From Octopus vulgaris (taxonomy: Eukaryota): a stretch of 64,000 nt of DNA. Every line of letters begins with the position of its first letter. Within the stretch, counting starts at the first letter, position 1. Position numbers and translations under genes: made by a program. Positions 54,726 through 64,000 of the stretch are shown here, in pieces. The notes under the pieces were generated by a model. The model saw nothing but the letters and a program-made list of their open reading frames with translations, was not told the origin of the DNA and ran no database searches. The stretch covers positions 65,782,001 to 65,846,000 of the forward strand of contig OX597821.1 in the NCBI GenBank assembly GCA_951406725.2. The letters are read 5' to 3'.

Positions 54726-56683
54726 TATATTTATATATATATATTTGATGGCATGAAACAATTGGCTGCAACTGTTTAGATGCTGATGATCTGAATGTTC
54801 AGCCTGTTTTGGTGACAGTAATTTTTGGCACTGGAGGCAGACACACACACACAGAAATATACACATATGGATAGAAAGAGAAAGGGGAGTGGCAAGAATG
54901 AGAGAGGGAGAGAGAGAGAGAGAGAGAGACCAATTATAGATTGAACGTGCTTGACAAACATTTTCCCTCTTCTCTCACACATCAAGAGAAATATGTTCAT
55001 ATTCATAAACAAAGAGAGAAAAGGAGGGAAAGAGAGAGATAAATACAGGGAGTGTCATATAGAGAAGAGAGAGTGAGTGAGAGAGACATCCCAGTTTATT
55101 AATTAAACATGACTGACGACACTTTCTACTTGCTTTATACACATAAAGAGAAATACACCCATTACATAAACTGAGAGAGATATTGAAATGAGGGAAACAT
55201 TAAAACACTTGATGTCAAATAAATCAGCATAGAATCAGCAACGCCAAATAGGTGGTGGCAAAACAGCAGTGCCAACATGTCTCATAACCCAGCTTTACTG
55301 AAGTTTATCTCTGAGAATTCCACTCTGTGTGTGTACATGTGCGTGTTTGTGTGTTTGTAAATGAGTGTTTCTTTTATCAATTTATATTAGAATAAGACAT
55401 AAACACCTGTAAGGTACCACCTGCCACCACCACCACGACCATCACTACTGAAAAAAAAAAAGCAATGCCAGTCTAGAAATGTAGTTTGTTGCATCGTGTT
55501 TGAAATGCTTCTTTGAAACACTGGCAATGAGAAATGCCATGAAGCAGAGACTGACCTGTTGGAAAACCTGTATCCAATAATGGCTTTGTTCACCAGTTGC
55601 AATATAAAATGGTAAATAAAAGAATAAAAACAAGGAGAACAACCACCAATGAAAGACAGTAAGGAGAAAGAAACAGAAGCGATATTGGAGAGATTAAGTT
55701 GGCGTCAACCAAAATATATCTGTACATTATTGAGATGTCTGTGTTTTGAAGTGCTGAGAGATATTTCTTTACAAAATGATCATCTCGAAGCTAATTCTTG
55801 TCGCCATAGACATTTAAGAAACAAATAAATGAATGAGTAAATAAATAATAGAAAGAAACAATGAAAGAAGGGAAGAAAGAAGGAACGAAAGAAGCCAAAG
55901 AAAAAAAAAAGAAAGAAAAATCATAACAAGTACCCTCACTTTGTCTGTTGTTGTGATCACACTTGATCTTAAACTTACACACAATGTGTCTGTCTAAACA
56001 TTAATATTAACCAATGTTAAGCCATTTTTAACACAGTGAGTGTGAATGAGTGTGTATGAGTGTGTGTGTGTGTGTGTGTGTTGGGGTGGAGAAAGGGGGG
56101 GAAAATGAGAAAGAGCACTTTCACGAGAGACTACTTAAGAACGAACACTTGCATCAAGTAGATAATTTCTTAAGGCCTACATAAGAGATGCATCATGCCT
56201 AATTAGTTAAAGTGCCATACTCAAAGTCCGTGGAACGTGGACTTGGAGGATATTACTAAACATGTACAGGTTTTAAGGTCCATCTATCTATTTATCTATC
56301 TACACAGATGACAAAGCACTGTGAAGTTGAATGCAAAACAGCGCCAAACCAATTCAAAAGAAGACATACAATAGCCATTTTACAGATATTTAATTAGGTT
56401 GTGGCTCTCTCAATACAATAGAAATTTCTGTTCTTTTTGAAATTGATGGCAATAACATATGATGTGGATGATTTTAGCCCAAAGTCTTCTCTGATCAAAG
56501 AAATCTAATATAAGATCAAAAGTTTCCAACTGTGACCATCATATCTATTTTTTTAATATATTTATTTATATGTATGAAACACAGGGAAATATACACAGTT
56601 TGTGATTTGAGAGTGTGATTTTACTGCTATTTCTAGCAGGCTGAGTTACCAGAGAAGCTGTTCCAGCTGAAGTTCATCGCAGT

Positions 56684-57062
56684 TACTCTTTTACTCTTTT
56701 ATTTGTTTCAGTCATTTGACTGTGGCCATGCTGGAGCACTGTCATTAGTCGAGCAGATCAACCCCAGGATTATTCTTTGTAAGCCTACTACTTACTCTAT
56801 CGGTCTCTTTTGCTGAACCGCAAAGTTGTCAAGCGATGTTGGGGGGACAAACACAGACACACAAACACATATATATATATATTTATATTTATATATATAC
56901 ATGATGGGCTTATTTCAGTTTCCATCTACCAAATCCACTCACAAGGCTTTGGTCGGCCCAAGGCTGTAGTAGAAGACACTTGCCCAGGTGCCATGCAGTG
57001 GGATTGAACCCGGAACCATGTGGTTGGTAATCAAGCTACTTAGCACACAGCCACTCCTATGC
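56684..57062 (-). mobile_element. SINE family A
   Basis: Reverse complement of family A. Confidence 0.85.
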
Positions 57063-57132
57063 TTACGTTCAACAATAACAAATGAGCAAACAAAGACAAG
57101 GATGGAGTGAGACAACAACAACAACAATAACG

Positions 57133-57199
<67 letters not shown>

Positions 57200-57514
57200 T
57201 AATAATGATGGTGATGATTTCTTTATTATTTTATAATAGTGATCCTTTCTACTACAGGCACAAGGCCTGAAATTTTGGGTGAAGATACTAGTCGATTATA
57301 TTGACCCCCAAAGATTTACTGGTAATTGATTTATCGACCATGTAAAGAATGAAAGGTAATGTCGACCTCAGTAGAATTTGAACCCAAACTGTAAGGACGG
57401 ATGGATTGCAGATAAGAATTTTGCCTGGCATGCTAATGATTCTGCCTGCTCGCTGCCTTAATAATAATAATAATAATAATCATAATAATAGTAATAGTAA
57501 TAATAATAATAATA

Positions 57515-58718
57515 ATTTAACATCCATTTTCCATGCTGGCATGGGTTGGACAGTTTGACAGGAGCTGACCAGCTTAAGAGCTGTTCAGGCTTTATATCTG
57601 TTTTGGCATGGTTTCTATGACTGGATGCCCTTCCTAATGCCAACCAATTTATAGATTGTACTGGGGAGGCGCAATGGTCCAGTGGTTAGGGCAGCGGACT
57701 CGCGGTCGTAGGATCGCGGTTTTGATTCCCAGACCGGGCGTTGTGAGTGTTTATTGAGCGAAAACACCTAAAGCTCCACGAGGCTCCGGCAAGGATGGTG
57801 GTGATCCCTGCTGTACTCTTTCACCACAACTTTCTCTCACTCTTATTTCCTGTTTCTGTTTCTGTTGTACCTGTATTTCAAAGGGCCGGCCTTGTCACTC
57901 TCTGTGTCACGCTGAATATCCCCGAGAACTGCGTTAAGGGTACACATGTCTGTGGAGTGCTCAGCCACTTACACATTAATTTCACGAGCAGGCTGTTCCG
58001 TTGATCGGATCGACCGGAAACCGCATCGTCGTGACCGACGGAGTGCTTCCATCCATCAGATTGTACTGGGTGCTTTTTACACAGCACTGGCATTGGTGCT
58101 TTTACATGGCACCTGCACAGGTGCTTTTTATGTGGCACCGACACTCATTAGTCTGCAGGATTAAGGACACTCAGCTGACGAGCGATGCAGGGGACATGCC
58201 TGTATGCAAAGACAACCCCCTGTTTACTTAGATTGATGTGTCTTCTCAAGCACAGTAAACCACCAAGAGTCTTAGTCCCCTGTCATCATCTCAGTGAGGC
58301 CCAAAATCTGAAAATCCTTTTTCACCACTTCATCCCACTTCTTCCTAGGTACACTCCTTTCAGATGTTCTCTCCACAATTAAAGATCAGTACCTCTTAAT
58401 GCAACTGTCTTCATTTATTCCTGATGCAACTGTCTTCATTCATATGCATTACGTGACTGTACAAGGGCAGTCTTCTCTCTTGCATGCAACATCTGATGTC
58501 TTGTATACCCAGTTTTTCTCTCAGATTGTGTACACTCTGTTGTATATATATACACTGACATTACTCATCCAGTGAAGTATACTGGCTTCATTTCTTTCAA
58601 GCCTTTGCATATCCTCAGCAATCACAGCCCCTCTTTCACTACCATGTAGCATAGCTGTTTGTACACAGGCATCATACGATCTGCCTTTCACTCTGAATGA
58701 GAGGCCCTTCATTACCAA
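57515..58718 (-). mobile_element. Older RTE-clade LINE 3' fragment (ORF remnant plus UTR) interrupted by SINE D
   Basis: GLSFRVKGRSYDACVQTAMLHGSE...MQRLERNEASILHWMSNV; continues into the family E tail. Confidence 0.82.
57666..58057 (+). mobile_element. tRNA-derived SINE family D (possibly tRNA-Arg-related, OR-type octopus SINE)
   Basis: A box TGGTCCAGTGG, B-box-like GGTTTTGATTCC; 13-bp TSD AGATTGTACTGGG at 57653-57665 and 58058-58070. Confidence 0.9.
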
Positions 58719-58850
58719 CATAATAATAATGATGATGTTCATAATAATAATAAGCAGTTGTGGTCTAACATGATGATGATGATGATGATGATGAGGAGGA
58801 GGAGGAGGAGGAGCAGTTGTGGTCAATGAAAAAAGTAGCAGTAGTACTAA

Positions 58851-59062
58851 CAATTGTCAGAGCCCTGGGAACAGTGAGCAAAAATCTTGAGAAGTAAATA
58901 GGGGCTGCAATAAAGCATGGAGCACTTGCAGAAAACAGCATTGCTTGGAACTGCTCGAATACTCCGGAAGGTGTTCCAAAAATAAGAGGTGTTACCTTAG
59001 TTCACTGGCAGTGAACAGCTACACTGTAGTACATCTCCAGCATTAGAAACTGTGCAAAGGCA
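58851..59062 (+). mobile_element. Dong/R4-type (RLE) non-LTR element 3' end
   Basis: ALGTVSKNLEK...LQKTALLGTARILRKVFQK*, short UTR, then (AAT)n. Confidence 0.78.
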
Positions 59063-59109
59063 ATAATAATAATAACAACAACAATAATTATAATAATGAT
59101 AATACTTAC

Positions 59110-59206
59110 ATTCCCCCAACAAATAAACTATGTGAATTCTTATCTATGGTCATGTAACGGAAATAATGAAGCTGTGGGCTGGATTCACTCGGGTACTCCC
59201 TGATAT
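59110..59206 (-). CDS. Semaphorin (class-2-like) coding exon A, start of Sema domain
   Basis: Acceptor TTTTTTATCATTTCAG|AT, donor GGAAT|GTAAGT; 97 nt (2+93+2); encodes (x)IREYPSESSPQLHYFRYMTIDKNSHSLFVGG(M), resembling Sema-2a VREF..YYRTFHMNEDRDTLYVGAM; the split ATG codon is completed by exon B. Confidence 0.92.
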
Positions 59207-59273
59207 CTGAAATGATAAAAAAGCAAAGGAAGTATGAGACATACATCCACGTACTATTGATATTACTTATAAC

Positions 59274-59302
<29 letters not shown>

Positions 59303-59304
<2 letters not shown>

Positions 59305-59465
59305 TAACATACAGAAAATTGCACTACTAGGCACTGCACACATCCTACGCAGAACACTTTCCATACAATAACCATCAGAGCATCACAACAAATCACAGCA
59401 CATACCCAAGGCACACAGAGCTGTGCTCGGTAGTGAAGTGAAAGCACGCTATAAAAATAAAACTA

Positions 59466-59470
<5 letters not shown>
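59303..59470 (+). mobile_element. Second Dong/R4-type 3' end within (TAA)n
   Basis: IQKIALLGTAHILRRTLSIQ*, with (TAA)n on both sides. Confidence 0.78.
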
Positions 59471-59498
<28 letters not shown>

Positions 59499-59830
59499 TA
59501 ATAATAATAATAATAATGATAATAATAATAAAGATAATAATAATAATCCTTTCTACTAATGGCACAAGGCTTGAAATTTTGGAAGAAAGGGACTAGTTGA
59601 TTGCAGCGGCCCCAGTGTTTCACTGGTATTTAATTTATCGACATTGAAAGGAGGAAAGGCAGAGTCGACCTCAGCGGAATTTGAACTCAGAATGTCAAGG
59701 CGAACAAAATGCTGCGAAGCATTTTGTCCAGCATGCTAATGATGCTGCCAGCTCGCTGCCTTAAAAGTAACTTTCTTGGAGAATCCATGTTCCGATTCTG
59801 GTACCTCACACTTGCAAAGTGAATGATAAT

Positions 59831-59892
<62 letters not shown>

Positions 59893-60242
59893 CAATAGTT
59901 GCCATTAAGGGTTTACAAAAAAGACCAAGGATGGTACAAGTTGATGTGGTAGGAAGAGGAATAAGGATAAATTCTAAGAAGGAAAAAATCCCCCAAAAGT
60001 GAGAGGCTTCCGAGAGTTACTGATGGAAATCCCCACAATATTATGGTTACCCTGCCCACTAAGGCAAGTGCTTTCTCTTCGTTGTCTTCCTTCAGTCTAC
60101 AGGTGCATGCTCAGATTAGACCCATTGGATGAGGGGAACAATTAAAAAAGAGAGACAAAAAGTATCAAGACCTTACATAGCAAATCAAAGGAATAAAAAA
60201 ACAAATATATAAATAAAGCCATGAAATATAAATAAACATATA

Positions 60243-60406
60243 AGTGCAGGAGTGGGTGTGTGGTTCAGTAGCTTGCTTAAAAACCACATGGTTCCAAGTT
60301 CAATCCCACTGCGTGGCACCTTGGACAAGTGTCTCCTACTGTAGCCTCGGGCGCTGACCAAAGCCTTGTGAGTGGATTTGGTAGATGGAAACTGAAAGAA
60401 GCCTGT

Positions 60407-60451
<45 letters not shown>

Positions 60452-60690
60452 ATGCATGTATATATGTGTGTGTGTATGTTCATGTGTCTGTGTTTGTGCC
60501 CCCCCCCACGTCACCATCGCTTGACAACTGATGCTGGTGTGTTTATGTCCCCGTAATTTAGCAGTTCGGCAAAAGAGACCGATAGAATAAGTACTAGGCT
60601 TACAAAGAATAAGTTCTGGGGTCGATTTGTTCGAGTAAACGTGGTGATCCATCCAGCATGGCCACAGTCACATGACTGAAACAAAATGAA
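60243..60690 (+). mobile_element. SINE family A
   Basis: Matches family A head to tail. Confidence 0.85.
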
Positions 60691-61527
60691 AGAAGATCCA
60701 TTTTTCTCTCTCTATACATATGTATGTGTGTGTGTGCATGTATATAGAAGAACATACGTCTGCATCCATATCTGTGCCAAGCCTTCAGCAAATCACTTGT
60801 TCGTGTGTGGTTTATGCACATTTGGAATCTAAAACACAAATCTATGTCCCAGTCTGATATGAACAGGATTCAGTACATTTCTCAGAAAGAGAGGAAGAGA
60901 GAGAGATAGAGAGAGAGGGGTTGGGGGGTTATCGTCAGCCACACTCGTGCTAATGATTTTGTCCTGCCCCATTTTATGGGTTGTAATTGTAATTATCTCA
61001 CAGTGCCGATCTGGTCCTCATTGCATGATAAAAGCAGAAGAATAAATATACATAAATATCTATATAAATATAAATAAATATATAAGTAACCATTCCTTTC
61101 TTATATTTCTTCTGTATAAACCCAACATTGCAATATTCTTTATCTTATCACAGATTGATTAAAGTCAGGATGGCTGCCTTTAAATATAACTACACCGGAT
61201 AAACTGCCTTAGCAAGATGGAGTAGGAGAAATTGAGAGAATTAATAAAGCAGTGGACAAAGTGTTTTGAAATATTTGATCTAGCTCTTGGTGTTCTAAGC
61301 TTAGAGTGTAATTAAATATTAAATAATGACAAGGGAATGAGAAATTATATAATGAACATCATTGGGTTACAGCTGTCTCTGCACTAAGATGCAATGCACT
61401 CATATTTGAGTGCTTGTGTAACATTCAATAGCTTCGTTGGAGCTAATATAGTTAAGTTAATTTTTTGGCCCAAAAAGCAAGGCCATGTAGGGGGACATGG
61501 AGTTATGTACAGGGTAGTGTGGCTGTG

Positions 61528-61861
61528 AAGGCGCATGGCTCAGTGGTTAGAGCGTCGAGCTTACGATCGCAGGGTTGTGAGCTTGAATCCCGGACCGGGC
61601 TGCGTGTTGTGTTCTCGAGCAAGGCACTTTATTTCACGTTGCTCCAGTTCACTCAGCTGTAGAAATGAGTTGCGACGTCACTGGTCCCAAGCTGTATTGA
61701 CCTTTGTCTTTCCCTTGGATAACACTGGTGGCGTGGAGAGGGGAGGCTGGTATGCATGGGCGACTGCTGGCCTTCCATAAACAACCTTGCCCGGACTTGT
61801 GTCTAGGAGGGTAACTTTCTAGGTGCAATCCCATGGTCATTCATGACCGAAGGGGGTCTTT
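61528..61861 (+). mobile_element. SINE family C, full length, young
   Basis: Highly similar to 42142-42477. Confidence 0.9.
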
Positions 61862-61866
61862 AGTGT

Positions 61867-62036
61867 TCATGCAAAGAGTTCATGCCATTTCTGGTCAAGA
61901 TAGACTTTGAACCGAGCGGTCGTCGGCAGCTTCACTATCTTGTCCGGCAGCTTACTCCACGGATCCGCAACCCGGACGGAGAAAGCCCCTCTCCTTCGAT
62001 TGAGATGAAATCGTCGCAGATAGAGCTTTTCAGAGT
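61867..62036 (-). mobile_element. CR1/L2-group LINE ORF2 C-terminal fragment
   Basis: KLYLRRFHLNRRRGAFSVRVADPWSKLPDKIV...FKVYLD matches the CR1-group FSxRVxxxWNxLP...FKxxLD motif. Confidence 0.8.
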
Positions 62037-62549
62037 ATATGTACAGTGTGCATATGCATGCATGTGTGTGTGTGTGTGTGTTATCTAGCTCTTGATGTTT
62101 CAAGTCTAGAGTATAATTAAATATCAAATAAATGACAAGGGAACAAGATACTATATAATGAACTTCAATGTCTTACAGCTGTTTCAGCTATATAAAACTA
62201 ATGGTAATAGTGTTCACCGATTGCAGTATAAAATAAACAAACAGATCATTGATGCAGGCATGGCTGTGTGGTAAGAAGTTTGCTTTCCAACCACATGGTT
62301 CCAGGTTCATTCCCACAGCATAGCACCTTGGGCAAATGTCTTCTATAATAGCATCATACTGACCAAAGCTTTGAGTGGATTTGGTAGACCAAAACTGGAA
62401 GAAGCCTGTCGTGTGTGTGTGTGTGTATGTGTATATATATATAACGTCCGTTCTCCGGGGATCTGGGAAGCCAGAAGGCTGCACCAGGCTCCGGTCTTAT
62501 CTGGCAATGTTTCTACAGCTGGATGCCCTTCCTATATATATTTTCTTTT

Positions 62550-62933
62550 TGGAAGCACTCTGTCGGTAACGACGATGAGGGTTCCGGTTGATCCGAATCA
62601 ACGGAACAGCCTGCTCGTGAAATTAACGTGTAAGTAGCTGAGCACTCCACAGACACGTGCACCCTTAACGTAGTTCTCGGGGATATTCAGCGTGACACAG
62701 AGAGTGACAAGGCCGGTCCCTTGAAATACAGGTACAACAGAAACAGGAAGTAAGAGTGAGAGAAAGTTGTGGTGAAAGAGTACAGCAGGGATCACCACCA
62801 TCCCCTGCCGGAGACTCGTGGAGCTTTTAGGTGTTTTCGCTCAATAAACACTCACAACGCCCGGTCTGGGAATTGAAACCGCGATCCTATGACCGCGAGT
62901 CCGCTGCCCTAACCACTGGGCCATTGTGCCTCC
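62550..62933 (-). mobile_element. SINE family D, full length
   Basis: Near-identical reverse complement of 57666-58050. Confidence 0.9.
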
Positions 62934-63720
62934 ACATATATATATATATATATACACACATGCACACAGAGTAGTCCCTCGACTATCATGGGTATTATGT
63001 TCCAAAACCCCTGCAATAGGTGAACCATGATATGGTGAGGAATTACTGTGTATATATGTAATTGTGTGTGTGTGTGTCTCTGTGTTTGTCTCCCTGCTAT
63101 CGCTTGACAACCTATGCTGGTATGCCTATGTCCCTGTAACTCGGCAGTTTGGCAAAGAGACCAATAGAATAAGTACTAGGCTTACAAAGAATAAGTCCTG
63201 GGGTTGATTTATTTGACTAAAACTCTTAAAGGCAGTGCTCCAGCATGGCCACAGTCTAACAACTGAAACAAGTAAAAGAATAAAAGAATAGATAAATAAA
63301 TAATTAAAAATGTGGGTGTTAACCATTTCCTAGTGACATTTCCTATTAAGATGGCTGCCTATGAGTTTGAATAAATTTTTCAGTAAAATCGATTTTGGAA
63401 GTAAAATATAAGCATCTGTAATTTATCATATATTGGTATATGTCGGTAGTATTGGATGTCTGATATTTCACAAAGACATACACATAATAATAATGAGATT
63501 TTGATTTAGATTTAAGTTTAATATTTTTTTTTGTTTTCCTTGAAATATACTGCTTCAAATTCAATTAATTTTTGAAATTATGAAGAATTTAGTAAAACAG
63601 CTTTGTTATTTATTAAGTTGCTATTTAGGAACATGTAGTATTTTTCTGCATATGAATCAAATTTTCCGACCAAAGAATTCCATGTGAAATGCAGCAAGGT
63701 TTGGACACTGGAGATATACT

Positions 63721-64000
63721 TTTATTCTTTTATTCTTTTACTTGTTTCGGTCATTTGACTGTGGCCATGCTGGAGCACTACCTTTTAGTCGAGCAAATCG
63801 ATCCCAGGATTTGTTCTTTTGTAAGCCTAGTACTTATTCTATCGGTCTCTTTTACAGGGACATAAACACACCAGCATCACATGTCAAGCGATGTTGGGGG
63901 GGGGGACAAACACACATACACACACATATATATACATATATACGGCAGGCTTCCTTTCAGTTTCCATCTACAAAATCCATTCACAAAGCTTTGGTCGGCT
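63721..64000 (-). mobile_element. SINE family A (runs off the window)
   Basis: Family A tail and body. Confidence 0.8.

Larger units (their letters stand above)
2017..59206 (-). other. Partial semaphorin gene body (4 exons, 3 introns); 5' and 3' exons presumably outside the window
   Basis: The four exons join into one open frame of about 103 codons in the correct Sema-domain order; no signal-peptide exon and no further downstream exon were recognised. Confidence 0.9.

Overview
AT-rich, microsatellite- and retroposon-saturated animal genomic DNA; the repeat complement and simple-repeat density point to an octopod cephalopod (Octopus; inference). The window lies inside one large minus-strand gene: four short, phase-compatible GT-AG exons (59206-59110, 38706-38661, 5110-5045, 2118-2017; 311 coding nt) splice into the N-terminal part of a Sema domain most similar to invertebrate class-2 semaphorins, separated by introns of about 20.4, 33.6 and 2.9 kb. 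The introns hold at least four tRNA-derived SINE families, many 3' ends of an RTE-clade LINE, RTE/CR1/Dong-R4 remnants, mariner-, piggyBac- and Helentron-type non-autonomous elements, and several minisatellites, two with higher-order structure. The most notable signal is a set of distinct minimal hammerhead-ribozyme-like motifs of the Penelope/retrozyme type. One family shows stem I covariation, one has a G3-C8 swapped core, and two sit in long palindromes. Almost all ORFs in the supplied track are simple-repeat artefacts. Family names are from recall, not from database searches.
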